A stretch of DNA of 64,000 bases from Brevibacterium luteolum (lineage in GTDB: Bacteria; Actinomycetota; Actinomycetes; Actinomycetales; Brevibacteriaceae). Below are positions 42,221 through 51,894 of the stretch, piece by piece (position 1 is the stretch's first letter; the number at the start of each line of letters is the position of its first letter). Below the pieces are notes generated by a model that was not told the DNA's origin, searched no databases, and was given only the letters and a program-made list of their open reading frames with translations. The translations under genes were made by a program, and so were the position numbers. The stretch lies in the NCBI RefSeq assembly GCF_013004595.1, contig NZ_JABEMC010000002.1:62001-126000 (forward strand). Reading direction: 5' to 3'.

Positions 42221-42454
42221 ATGCACACGCAGTCGCACCGTCTCCTCCCCTGGTCCAGTGCCGGTCTCGCCGCCCTCGGCGTGGGCCTGCTCATCACCTG
42301 GGCCGTCAGCATGTACAACTACGGCGTCTACGTCGATGAGCACGCACTCGGCGGGGACATCCGGCCGATCGAAATCATCCTCTTCCTCTCCGGGGTTGGG
42401 GCCGTCATCGCAGCGATGGTTCTCTTCGTCATCTGGCAGCGGCGCAGCGCCTAG
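42221..42454 (+). CDS. Small two-TM membrane protein
   Basis: 77-aa ORF with two hydrophobic helices and GC-ending codons; followed by a terminator. Confidence 0.65.
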   Translation: MHTQSHRLLPWSSAGLAALGVGLLITWAVSMYNYGVYVDEHALGGDIRPIEIILFLSGVGAVIAAMVLFVIWQRRSA

Positions 42455-42466
42455 ACACAGACGAAG

Positions 42467-42500
42467 AAGCGGCGGGCTGGTTCTCACCAGCCCGCCGCTT
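42467..42500. terminator. Bidirectional terminator hairpin
   Basis: aagcggcgggctgg-ttctca-ccagcccgccgctt. Confidence 0.75.
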
Positions 42501-42513
42501 GCTCTGCCGAGGG

Positions 42514-45180
42514 TCAGTCGATGACCTCGCCATCGATGATCTCGGGATCATCCCCGTCATCGTCAGCCTCGCCTCCCGTGACAGAGGTGAGGGTCAGACC
42601 CTCCCCAGCGCCCGCCTCGGCGCTGGTGTCCGGGCGATCGACGCGCACGGTGTCGCCGTCGCGCACAGCACCGGCGAGGATCTCGCGGGCCAGCCGGTCG
42701 CCGATCTCGCGCTGCACGAGCCGGCGCAGCGGGCGAGCGCCGTAGGCCGGGTCGTAACCCTCCCGGGCGAGCCACTCGGCGGCCGCCGGAGTGATCTCCA
42801 GGTTGATCCGGCGCTCGGTGAGCCGGGCCTGCATGGCAGCGATCTGCAGGTCGACGATCCGGGCGAGCTCGTCCTGGCTGAGGGCATCGAAGATGACGAT
42901 GTCATCGAGCCGGTTGAGGAACTCGGGCTTGAACGCCGAATGCACCACACCCATCACCTGTTTGTGCTGCTGTTCGACGTCGAGCGTCTGGTCGACCAGG
43001 AACTGCGAGCCCAGGTTCGAGGTGAGGATGAGGATCGTGTTGCGGAAGTCCACGGTCCGGCCCTGGCCGTCGGTCAGGCGACCGTCGTCGAGGACCTGGA
43101 GCAGGATGTCGAAGACATCCGCGTGGGCCTTCTCCACCTCATCAAGCAGCACCACCGAATACGGGCGGCGGCGCACCGCCTCGGTCAGCTGACCACCAGA
43201 TTCGTAACCGACGTATCCGGGAGGCGCACCGACGAGACGGGAGACCGAGTGCTTCTCGCCGTACTCACTCATATCGATGCGCACGAGCGCGCGCTCGTCA
43301 TCGAAGAGGAAGTCGGCAAGCGCCTTCGCCAGCTCGGTCTTGCCCACACCGGTCGGACCGAGGAACAGGAACGAACCGGTCGGGCGGTTCGGGTCCGAGA
43401 CCCCGGCGCGCGAACGGCGGATCGCATCGGCGACCGAGCGCACGGCAGACTGCTGGCCGATGAGCCGGCGGCCGATGTACTCCTCAGCATGCAGGAGCTT
43501 CTCGCGCTCGCCTTCGAGTAGCCGGCCGGCGGGAATGCCGGTCCAGGCTGCGACGACCTCGGCGATGTCGTTCTCAGTGACCTGGTCGCCGACCATCGTC
43601 TGCGCACCGGCCCTGGACTCAGCCGCCTCGGCTTCGGCGATCTGCTTCTCCACGGCCGGGATCTCGCCGTAGAGCAGGCGCGAGGCCTTCTCCAGGTCGA
43701 CGTCGCGGCGGGCAATCTCGGCCTGCGAGCGCAGCTCGTCGAGCTTCTCGCGCAGCTCGCCGACGCGGTTGATGTCCGCGCGCTGTTTCTCCCATGCGGC
43801 GTTGAGACCGGCGAGCTCCTCCTGCTTGTCAGCCAGGTCCTCGCGCAGGGCGGCCAGCCGCTCGACCGAGGCCGGATCGGATTCCTTGGCCAGGGCCATC
43901 TCCTCCATCTTCAGCCGGTCGACGGCGCGGGAGAGCTCGTCGATCTCGACGGGAGCGGAGTCGATCTCCATGCGCAGCCGGCTGGCGGCCTCATCGACGA
44001 GGTCGATGGCCTTGTCCGGCAGCTGACGGTCGGCGATGTAGCGGTTCGACAGGCTGGCCGCGGCCACGAGTGCGGAGTCGGCGATCGTGACCTTGTGGTG
44101 GGCTTCGTAGCGCTCCTTGAGCCCGCGCAGGATCGCGATGGTGTCCTCGACACTCGGCTCGCCGACGAACACCTGCTGGAAGCGGCGTTCGAGCGCGGGA
44201 TCCTTTTCGATGTTCTCGCGGTACTCATCAAGCGTGGTGGCACCGACCATGCGCAGCTCACCGCGGGCGAGCATCGGTTTGAGCATGTTGCCGGCGTCCA
44301 TCGAGGAGTCACCGGAGGCACCGGCACCCACAAGCGTGTGCAGCTCGTCGATGAAGGTGATGACCTGGCCGTCGGAGGACTTGATCTCCTCGAGCACGGC
44401 CTTGAGGCGCTCCTCGAACTCACCGCGGTACTTCGCGCCTGCGACCATCGCGGAGAGGTCGAGGCTGATGAGGCTCTTGTTGCGCAGCGATTCGGGCACG
44501 TCACCGGCGACGATGCGCTGGGCGAGGCCTTCGACGACGGCGGTCTTGCCGACGCCGGGTTCGCCGATGAGCACCGGGTTGTTCTTTGTGCGGCGCGAGA
44601 GCACCTGCACGACCCGGCGGATCTCCGAGTCACGGCCGATGACCGGATCGAGTTTGCCCTCGCGAGCCTGGGCGGTGAGGTCGACGCCGAACTTCTCCAG
44701 GGACTGGAAGGTGTCCTCGGGGTTCTCGCTGGTGACCTTTCTGCCGCCGCGCACCTCGGGCAGGGCGGCGAGCAGGCCGTCGCGCGTGACGGACTGGCTG
44801 GTCAGCAGCCGGCCGACCTCGCCGGTGTCAGCGGCTGCGGCGATGAGCAGGTGCTCAGTGGAGACGAATTGATCGCCGAGGGCCTGCATCTCCTGTTCGG
44901 CGTTGTTGATGAGCTGCAGTGCCTGACGGGACAGCTGGGGCTGGGAGACCGACGAGCCCGAGGCCGACGGCAGACCGGCGACGGTCCGCTCAGCCTCTGC
45001 CCGAATGGCGGCCGGGTCGGCGCCCATGTGCTCGAGCAAGGCGGCGGCGATGCTCTCAGGCTGGCTGAGCAGTGCCGTAAGCAGGTGAGCCGGCTCGACC
45101 TGCGAGTTGCCGCGGGTGACGGCATCCTTGACCGCTGCGGAGAGCACCTCCTGCGATTTGGTGGTGAACTTGGCTTCCAT
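42514..45180 (-). CDS. clpB: ATP-dependent chaperone ClpB
   Basis: GEPGVGKT and GPTGVGKT NBDs, long coiled-coil middle domain, GARPLRR; start MEAKFT with an AGGA RBS. Confidence 0.97.
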   Translation of the reverse strand: MEAKFTTKSQEVLSAAVKDAVTRGNSQVEPAHLLTALLSQPESIAAALLEHMGADPAAIRAEAERTVAGLPSASGSSVSQPQLSRQALQLINNAEQEMQALGDQFVSTEHLLIAAAADTGEVGRLLTSQSVTRDGLLAALPEVRGGRKVTSENPEDTFQSLEKFGVDLTAQAREGKLDPVIGRDSEIRRVVQVLSRRTKNNPVLIGEPGVGKTAVVEGLAQRIVAGDVPESLRNKSLISLDLSAMVAGAKYRGEFEERLKAVLEEIKSSDGQVITFIDELHTLVGAGASGDSSMDAGNMLKPMLARGELRMVGATTLDEYRENIEKDPALERRFQQVFVGEPSVEDTIAILRGLKERYEAHHKVTIADSALVAAASLSNRYIADRQLPDKAIDLVDEAASRLRMEIDSAPVEIDELSRAVDRLKMEEMALAKESDPASVERLAALREDLADKQEELAGLNAAWEKQRADINRVGELREKLDELRSQAEIARRDVDLEKASRLLYGEIPAVEKQIAEAEAAESRAGAQTMVGDQVTENDIAEVVAAWTGIPAGRLLEGEREKLLHAEEYIGRRLIGQQSAVRSVADAIRRSRAGVSDPNRPTGSFLFLGPTGVGKTELAKALADFLFDDERALVRIDMSEYGEKHSVSRLVGAPPGYVGYESGGQLTEAVRRRPYSVVLLDEVEKAHADVFDILLQVLDDGRLTDGQGRTVDFRNTILILTSNLGSQFLVDQTLDVEQQHKQVMGVVHSAFKPEFLNRLDDIVIFDALSQDELARIVDLQIAAMQARLTERRINLEITPAAAEWLAREGYDPAYGARPLRRLVQREIGDRLAREILAGAVRDGDTVRVDRPDTSAEAGAGEGLTLTSVTGGEADDDGDDPEIIDGEVID

Positions 45181-45258
45181 AGGAGTTCCTTTCGGCGCCG
45201 GCATACCGACGCGGATCAGCATGAATGTGAATCTTCTGATCAGCACAACACCGTCAAA

Positions 45259-45279
45259 CTTGAGTCTATTCCACTCAAC
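45259..45279. promoter_or_regulatory. HAIR (HspR operator) upstream of clpB
   Basis: CTTGAGT-ctattcc-ACTCAAC versus consensus CTTGAGT-N7-ACTCAAG. Confidence 0.88.
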
Positions 45280-45473
45280 CCTGGTTTTCGAGAGGTTTGA
45301 TGCGCATACGCCACCCGTGAGGAAGGCTGCGAAAGTCCCATCTCAACGCCGGTGGTCGCACGAGTGAGGCGCTCGCCAAAGGCCCGATCAGCTCAACGGG
45401 CACCGCCCTTCAGGCCACAGCAGATCGGTTTCCGACGGGCCCACATGCGCAAAATGTCGGGACCATCGGACAG

Positions 45474-46058
45474 TCAGTCGGAGTTGGTCTGACCCGCCAG
45501 CACATCTGACACAGCACGGGCAAAACGGGGCGCACCACTTCGCGACAGCTTCGCGAGCAAGGTCTCCACGGTGACCGGCGGCCGCCTCATTGCAGCCGCT
45601 TGGTCTTTCACGACTCGGCAGATCGCACCCGGACTCAGGTCAAGTTGGTCCAGCAAGAAGTCATCGAGCCGAGTCGCTTCCAACCCGAGAGGTTCTAGAA
45701 CCCTTTCAGGGAAGTCCTTGGTGTTCTCGGTGATGATTGCATCAGCGCGACCGCGGAGGGCAGCCGCGACTACGTGCCGGTCATCAGGGTCGGGTAACTC
45801 GACAGCTCGCTCAATGGGCTCCCATCCTTCGACGAGGGCGTCCTTGAACGCATAGTCCATCGAACGAAATCGGCTGAGGAATCTACTCTCGTCCACCTCT
45901 GGGTGAGTTCGCGCTAACGCCTTTAGCGCCTCGTCGACAACCTTGGCCGACCACAAGGGACGAAAGGTCCCCGCATCAGCGATACGCAGCAAGGTGTCAC
46001 ACGGCGCAATCGGCACCAACACGCATGCGTCAAGGACGACTGTGAAGCGCGACGTCAG
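45474..46058 (-). CDS. PIN-domain protein (VapC50-like putative toxin); start non-canonical
   Basis: The frame extends upstream of GTG 46022 to LTSRFTVVLDAC. Also has LWS..VVDE, PDPDDRHVVAAA, ITENTKDFP. Confidence 0.85.
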   Translation of the reverse strand: MTSRFTVVLDACVLVPIAPCDTLLRIADAGTFRPLWSAKVVDEALKALARTHPEVDESRFLSRFRSMDYAFKDALVEGWEPIERAVELPDPDDRHVVAAALRGRADAIITENTKDFPERVLEPLGLEATRLDDFLLDQLDLSPGAICRVVKDQAAAMRRPPVTVETLLAKLSRSGAPRFARAVSDVLAGQTNSD

Positions 46059-46565
46059 TCACGACTTCCGTGCCTCAGCCAGCGCCTCCCGATAGGCCGC
46101 GGGCTCGACATCGTATAGACCGTCCTCTTCGGCTTGCCGAGTCAGCTCGTCCAGCCGGCTGCGGCGTTCCGCGCGCTTGCGTTCCCGATACGCCAGAACA
46201 TCGTGCAACCGAAGCCTACGGTGCCGCGACTGTCCGAATCGCTCGAACGGCAACTCATGCTCTTCCAGTAGACGAACCAAGGTATTCCGGCTTACGCCTA
46301 GCAGATCGGCGGCCTGCTGTGTTGTCAGCTGCTTGTCGATCGGCTCAATACTGACGGATGCTCCTCGTTCCATCGCGCTCACGACCCTGCGGAGCACCTC
46401 GTACGCAGGGAGTGGCAACGGGATCTGTTCACCGTCCGGACCCAGAAGCACAGCTGGAGCAGGCTGATTCTCCAGGAAGCGCGCCAATTCGAGCATGTCG
46501 TGGAGATCCTCAGGAGGTTCGACGACATGCTCGTCTCGCGCACCCCGGTTCTTGGTATTGCTCAT
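46059..46565 (-). CDS. Excisionase-type HTH protein (putative antitoxin)
   Basis: LTTQQAADLLGVSRNTLVRLL..HRRLRLHDV; GATAAT 6 nt before the ATG suggests a leaderless start. Confidence 0.85.
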   Translation of the reverse strand: MSNTKNRGARDEHVVEPPEDLHDMLELARFLENQPAPAVLLGPDGEQIPLPLPAYEVLRRVVSAMERGASVSIEPIDKQLTTQQAADLLGVSRNTLVRLLEEHELPFERFGQSRHRRLRLHDVLAYRERKRAERRSRLDELTRQAEEDGLYDVEPAAYREALAEARKS

Positions 46566-46694
46566 GCCTATATTATCGCCCAAAACGGTCAAATCAGCCA
46601 TATCGACCATACCTTCGGATGCAGAACCGCATCTTTGACCAGACGCCAGAGCGCCACAAGCGCAGGCGTCCGTGGCGGGTGTCACACTGGTGCC

Positions 46695-47522
46695 ATGACG
46701 AACGAATCTGCCACCACCGCCTCGGGACCGGCCACCACTGATGCACCTGTCACTGTCACCGTCGAGGGCGCGGTCGCCCTCGTCATGATCGATGCCGCCC
46801 AGACCCGCAACGCCCTGTCGATGCCGGTCATGAGTGCGCTCATCGACGCGCTCACCGAGATCGGCGAGCGCACCGATGTGCACGCTGTTGTGCTCTCGAC
46901 TGCCGGGCACGTGTTCTGCTCCGGCCACGATCTCAAGGAGATCCGCGGGGCCGACCATGCCCGGCAGCAGGAGATCTTCGAGCGCTGCTCGCAGCTCATG
47001 CTGCTCATCCAGTCGATCCCGCAGCCGGTCATCGCCGCTGTCCAGGGTGTTGCCACGGCGGCCGGCTGCCAGCTGGTGGCCACCTGCGATCTCGCAGTCG
47101 CTGCCGAATCAGCCCGGTTCGGCACCCCGGGTGTGCGCATCGGGCTGTTCTGCTCGACGCCGATGGTTGCGCTCTCGCGTGCGGTGCCGCGCAAGACGGC
47201 GATGCGGATGCTCATGACCGGTGACCTGCTCACCTCCGAGGAGGCGATGGGGTTCGGGCTCGTCTCCCATGTCGTGGCTGATGACGAGCTCGCCGCTGCC
47301 GCCTCGGAAGTGGCGCAGAAGGTCGCCGAGGCCTCGGCTGCGACCGTGGCGATCGGCAAGGAGGCGTTCTACCAGCAGATTCACCTCGATACGCCGGGCG
47401 CGTACGCGCAGATGTCAGAGACGATGGCCGCCAATGCCGTCATGCCCGATGCGCAGGAGGGCATCGATGCATTCCTGACGAAGCGCCAGCCGCAGTGGCA
47501 GCACCGCACGGACGGCACCTGA
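46695..47522 (+). CDS. Enoyl-CoA hydratase/isomerase
   Basis: FCSGHDL, ATAAGCQLVATCD, TPGVRIGLFC, DAQEGIDAFL. Confidence 0.92.
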   Translation: MTNESATTASGPATTDAPVTVTVEGAVALVMIDAAQTRNALSMPVMSALIDALTEIGERTDVHAVVLSTAGHVFCSGHDLKEIRGADHARQQEIFERCSQLMLLIQSIPQPVIAAVQGVATAAGCQLVATCDLAVAAESARFGTPGVRIGLFCSTPMVALSRAVPRKTAMRMLMTGDLLTSEEAMGFGLVSHVVADDELAAAASEVAQKVAEASAATVAIGKEAFYQQIHLDTPGAYAQMSETMAANAVMPDAQEGIDAFLTKRQPQWQHRTDGT

Positions 47523-47565
47523 TCCAGGTCGCGGGACGGACTGCTGAGCTTGGTCGCGAACCGGG

Positions 47566-49059
47566 TCAGCCGGCGGTGGCGTCGAAGCGGTCGAGGAACC
47601 GCTTCGCCCAGCCGGTGGGCTTCGGGTCGACTCCGTGCAGGGACATGCGGGCACCTCTGGCCTTCCCGCGCTCGGTCGCGGTGAAGGTGGGGTGACCGCC
47701 GGTCGACAGAGTGATGAGCGCCCTGCCGTCCCAGCCGGTGTCACGCAGCACCTCGATGAGCCCATCCTGGCTGACCGCACTCGTGAGGTCCTGGCTGTCG
47801 GTCTGGTGGAGATCGATCCGGAAGTCAGCGCCCGTGCCGCCGACGTAGTTCGACATGCGCACTGAGGTGAAACCGGCATCCCACAGGGCGGTCAGCAGGT
47901 CGGCATGGGCCGGCCACTCTGCGGCCGGAAACCTCGAGCTGTCGTCCGGGTAGGCGGTGTTGCTGACGCTGAGCTCCACGTCGCCGGGCAGCGGCCACGT
48001 GCTGCCGCTGAGCAGGTCGGCAAGCTCGCGCAGCTCGGTGCTGGAGCGGGTCACGACGTCCATCGACTGCCGGTTGAGGGCGATGTGCTCGACGGTGATG
48101 CCGCGCTCGGCCAGCAGGTCCCGGGCCTGGAAGTAGGCGTCAGCGTCCGCCCGCCCGTCGCCGAACTCCACGCGCAGCCCCTCAGCAGATCCCGCCGTGA
48201 GGTCAGAGAGCTCACCGGCCCCGTATTCGGCGGCGAAGACGTCGAGGACGTCTGGGATGTCGGCATCGTGTTCGACGAGCACAGTCGCATCGGGACGTTC
48301 GAGGGAGTGCGTCCACTGGACGGTGAAGGGCAGGCTGCCGGCCTGCTCTGCGGTGTCGTAGAACCGGGTGATGGCGTCCTGGACGCCTGGTTCGGACATG
48401 TCGACACGGGCGGTGACGCTCGGCTCCCAGTCGTCTCCGTCCCCGCCGGAGGTGCCTGGGCCGTGTTCGACGAGCTCGACCTCGTCTGCTGCCGCGGCTC
48501 GGCGCACGCCGAGGAGGAGCTGGCGCTCACCGGCGGCAGCGTCGGTGAGCCAGCTGCGCATATCGGTTCCGAAGGCGAGCGTGACGCTGGCGTTCATGTT
48601 CTCGCCGATCTCCCCGCCCGTGACATCGGGCAGGCTGGTGAGGAACGGCAGCTGGGAGAGGTTGAGCGGTCCCGGCTGCGGAATGCTGGTGGTGACATCG
48701 TGGACGACGTGCCCGACGGTGCCGGTGAACCGGCCGGACTCCACGCTCACCTCCGGTGGTCCCTGCGGGTAGCGGTAGTCGTTGACGCGTGCGAGGAGGG
48801 CTTTCGCGGTGTCGTCGAGGGCATCGGGATCGGTGTCTGCGTCGACGGTGACGGTGACGTCGGTGCCCGAACGCGTCACCGCGGTGACGCCGGCCAGACC
48901 CTCGATCTCCGTGACGAGCTCGTCGTAGGTCGATTCCGGCAGTGGTTTCGCCGGCTGCGTGCACGCGCTCAGCGCACCGCCGGTGAGCAGCAGGCAGAGC
49001 AGCGCCGCAACGATCCGGAGTCGAAGTGGCCGGAGATCAAGGTGCGGTGTGCTGCTCAT
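47566..49059 (-). CDS. Hypothetical lipoprotein
   Basis: Signal peptide with LSAC lipobox; 497-aa ORF with typical codon usage. Confidence 0.7.
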   Translation of the reverse strand: MSSTPHLDLRPLRLRIVAALLCLLLTGGALSACTQPAKPLPESTYDELVTEIEGLAGVTAVTRSGTDVTVTVDADTDPDALDDTAKALLARVNDYRYPQGPPEVSVESGRFTGTVGHVVHDVTTSIPQPGPLNLSQLPFLTSLPDVTGGEIGENMNASVTLAFGTDMRSWLTDAAAGERQLLLGVRRAAAADEVELVEHGPGTSGGDGDDWEPSVTARVDMSEPGVQDAITRFYDTAEQAGSLPFTVQWTHSLERPDATVLVEHDADIPDVLDVFAAEYGAGELSDLTAGSAEGLRVEFGDGRADADAYFQARDLLAERGITVEHIALNRQSMDVVTRSSTELRELADLLSGSTWPLPGDVELSVSNTAYPDDSSRFPAAEWPAHADLLTALWDAGFTSVRMSNYVGGTGADFRIDLHQTDSQDLTSAVSQDGLIEVLRDTGWDGRALITLSTGGHPTFTATERGKARGARMSLHGVDPKPTGWAKRFLDRFDATAG

Positions 49060-49136
49060 GCCTCCAGGCTATGGACGGGCACCGGCCGTGCGGTCACAGC
49101 GATGTGCCGGTTCGGGCACACCGTCTGCAAGCGGCG

Positions 49137-49178
49137 ACCACCGCCTCGGGAACGGGAGAACCACCTCGGGAACGGGGT
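49137..49178. repeat. Two 21-bp tandem units of a dispersed intergenic repeat
   Basis: accaccgcctcgggaacggga / gaaccacctcgggaacggggt; ccacctcgggaacggg also occurs at 22961. Confidence 0.7.
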
Positions 49179-49267
49179 GCTCAGGGGAGTCACAGCAGAC
49201 ACGGCGCGGGCAATGACGGCAGGCCGCGGGCGGGCGCATTAGCCTGATCGCAAGGAGAGGAGTCGAA

Positions 49268-50224
49268 GTGAGAGTCGTCGTCACGGGTGCTGCCGGTTAC
49301 GTCGGTCAAGCGATCGCCCGCAGGCTGGCCGAATCCGGTCGCAGGGTCACGAGCGTCGGGCTGGCCGACCCGCAGATCAGCGGGGTCGAGCACCACGAGT
49401 GGGACATCCGCGAGGAGATTCCCCAGCAGCTGCGGGGCCGGCTGCGCTTCACCGATGCCGTCGTCCACGCTGCGGTCATCGACGACGACTGGGCGCGCGA
49501 GGACGAGCTGCAGGCCGTCAACGTCACCGGCACCCGCCATGTGCTCGACGCGTTCCCCAAGCCGCGGATGATCTGCCTGTCCAGCACGGCCGTCTACGCG
49601 CCGGCCGATGCGCACCGCTACCTGTACGAGGAGGGCGGGCCGGTCGACCCGGACCGGTACCTGTGCGCCTATGAGCGCATCCTCGCCGAGGCCGAACGGG
49701 TCATCGCCCGGGTGCGGCCCGAAGCGCTCGTGCTGCGCCCGAACGCCGTGTACGGGCCAGACGATACGACGCTGTGGCCGATCCTGGAGCGGATGGCCGA
49801 CGGCGGTGTGCTCAAGCTGCCGGCAGGCGGGCGGCACACGATGACGATGACGCACATCGACACGCTCACCGCAGCCGTCGATGCCGCGCTGACGAAGCCG
49901 GAGGCCTACGGGCCGATGAACATCGGCGACCCGCAGCCCTATGTCGTGCACGAAGCGCTCAACACCTACCTCGGGCGGTTCGGCCACCCCTCGCTCGAAC
50001 TCGACACGATCGCCGCCGACCTTGCGCTTGTCAAGGCGTGGTTCGCGGAGCGCAAGGCGCGCCGGAAGAAGCGCCGCCCGCCGTACACCCGGCATGCGAT
50101 GCGGAATCTGGCTCGGGAGCGGACGTACAGTCTGTCGCGGATGCACCGGATGCTCGGGATCGAGGGTGTGCAGGGGCTGCGCCGCTCGGGTGCGGCTGCC
50201 GGGCGGGTGCCGCGACGCGACTGA
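49268..50224 (+). CDS. NAD-dependent epimerase/dehydratase-family protein
   Basis: TGAAGYVG, VHAA, VNVTGT, SSTAVY, LRPNAVYGP. Confidence 0.85.
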   Translation: MRVVVTGAAGYVGQAIARRLAESGRRVTSVGLADPQISGVEHHEWDIREEIPQQLRGRLRFTDAVVHAAVIDDDWAREDELQAVNVTGTRHVLDAFPKPRMICLSSTAVYAPADAHRYLYEEGGPVDPDRYLCAYERILAEAERVIARVRPEALVLRPNAVYGPDDTTLWPILERMADGGVLKLPAGGRHTMTMTHIDTLTAAVDAALTKPEAYGPMNIGDPQPYVVHEALNTYLGRFGHPSLELDTIAADLALVKAWFAERKARRKKRRPPYTRHAMRNLARERTYSLSRMHRMLGIEGVQGLRRSGAAAGRVPRRD

Positions 50225-50254
50225 GGGGCCCGCCCAGGTGGGCAGACCCCTCAG
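50221..50254. terminator. Hairpin between convergent genes
   Basis: ctgaggggcccgccc-aggt-gggcagacccctcag. Confidence 0.55.
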
Positions 50255-50278
50255 TGTCTGTGGTGCTGGTGACGCGGC

Positions 50279-50455
50279 CTAGAGCTGGCGGCGCCGGTTG
50301 GCCATGGTGATGAAGGCCAGCAGCAGCGCGAGAACTCCGACGCCGATGCAGATGTAGCCGACCATCGTCAGGTCCATGACGCTCCAGGCGTCTCGGACGG
50401 CGAAGGCCAGGATCGCGCCGATGAGGATGAGGAAGACTCCGACTCCGAATCCCAT
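50279..50455 (-). CDS. Small membrane protein (DUF6458-like), 58 aa
   Basis: Manual translation MGFGVGVFLILIGAILAFAVRDAWSVMDLTMVGYICIGVGVLALLLAFITMANRRRQL; GGAG RBS; below the ORF-track cutoff. Confidence 0.75.
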   Translation of the reverse strand: MGFGVGVFLILIGAILAFAVRDAWSVMDLTMVGYICIGVGVLALLLAFITMANRRRQL

Positions 50456-50639
50456 GGGTTGCTCCGTTTCTGTCGCGCCGGAGCGCTGATCGCGCCCGAC
50501 TCGGTCAGTTTCAGTATTGACGAAGTGCCCGCCTGAGACAACGACCCGGCGGAGTTTGGTGATGACAGGTGTGCAGGCACCGGTGATCTGAGTCGTTTCG
50601 GATGCATCTGCGGTGCCCGAGGTGCCGGTCGCGGGGATC

Positions 50640-51893
50640 TCAGACGGCGGGCTGGGAGTGTCGGTACTGGTCAGGGGGGTCGCGGAAGATCGGGCAGCTC
50701 ATGCAGCGCGGCCCGCCGCGGCCGCGGCCGAGTTCGGTGCCGGCGATCGGGATGACATCGATGCCGTGCTCGGCCAGCAGCGTGTTGGCACCGGTGTTGC
50801 GGGCGTAGGCGATGACCGCACCAGGAGCGACGGCAAGCACATTGAGGCCGTCGTGCCACTGCTCGCGTTCAGCAGCGTAGGGGTCCTGGTCGGGGACGAG
50901 GACGCGCATCCTCTCGCGGCCGAGCGCCTCGGCCATCGCTGAGTGCATCTGCGCGGCCGGATAGTCGGTGATCGACAGCTCGCCTGACTGGCTGCCGGGG
51001 GTGATGAGGTAGGACGGCAGCGGGTCGAGGCCGCCGTAGCAGAGGAAGGTCCGCTCATCGACCATAGTCATGACGGTGTCAAGGTGCATGAACGACCGCC
51101 GCTCAGGCATCCGCAGCGCCAGCACCCGTTCAGCCGCTCCTGCGGTCATGAGGGTGCGGGTGAGCCGTTCGACCCCGGCTGGGGTGGTGCGCTCGCTCAT
51201 CCCGATCATGACCGCGCCGTTGCCGAGGACGAAGATGTCGCCGCCTTCGGTGGTTGCGATCCCGGATTCGCCGCCGGCACTCCAGTGGGCGAAGCCGGCG
51301 GCTGCGAAGCGGGGATGCCAGCGGTAGACGGCCTCGTAGCTGATGGTCTCGCGTTTGCGGGCGCGCTTGCGCATCGAGTTGATCGCCACCCCACCGTAGA
51401 TCCAGGCAGAGGCGTCGCGGCTGTAGAGGTGGTTGGGCAGCGGCGGCAGCACGAAGTCACCGTCATCCAGGTCGGCCAGCCACAGCGAGCCGGGCACTGC
51501 AACGCGGTCGACCACCTCGCGTTTGGTGATCCCGCCGATGAGCACCGCGGTGAGCCCGGTGGCATCCATGGCCGCGAGCATCTAAGAAAGCGGTGCGGCC
51601 GCGACTGGGCCGCAGGCACGCTCGTCGACGACCGCCTCAAGCACGGCGGTCTTCGCCTCGGGCACTGTGAGGGTTTCGGCGAGCAGGTCGCTGAAGAGGT
51701 GGACGGTGACTCCGGCCTCGCGCAGGGCTGTGATGAAGCCGTCGTGTTCGCTGCGGGCTACTTCGGCGAAGGGCACGTCGTCGAAGAGCAGTTCGCCCAT
51801 ATTGCTCGGGGTCAGCCGCTCCAGCTCGATGCCGGGCCGGTGCACGATGACCTCCCGCAGCCGCCCGGTCTCGGAGCCGACCCCCAGCGTCAT
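50640..51893 (-). pseudogene. arcA: Arginine deiminase interrupted by one in-frame TAG (51582-51584)
   Basis: [55 protein letters not shown]; both halves are in the same frame. Confidence 0.85.
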
Positions 51894-51894
51894 C

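Noticed and set aside
46566..46958. N-terminal extension of the HTH ORF to 46958
   Set aside because: It overlaps the divergent enoyl-CoA hydratase antisense; the promoter and ATG at 46565 fit better.
51582..51584. Pyrrolysine recoding of the arcA TAG
   Set aside because: No pyl genes in the window, the position is not catalytic, and TAG serves as a normal stop elsewhere (e.g. the stop at 9414).
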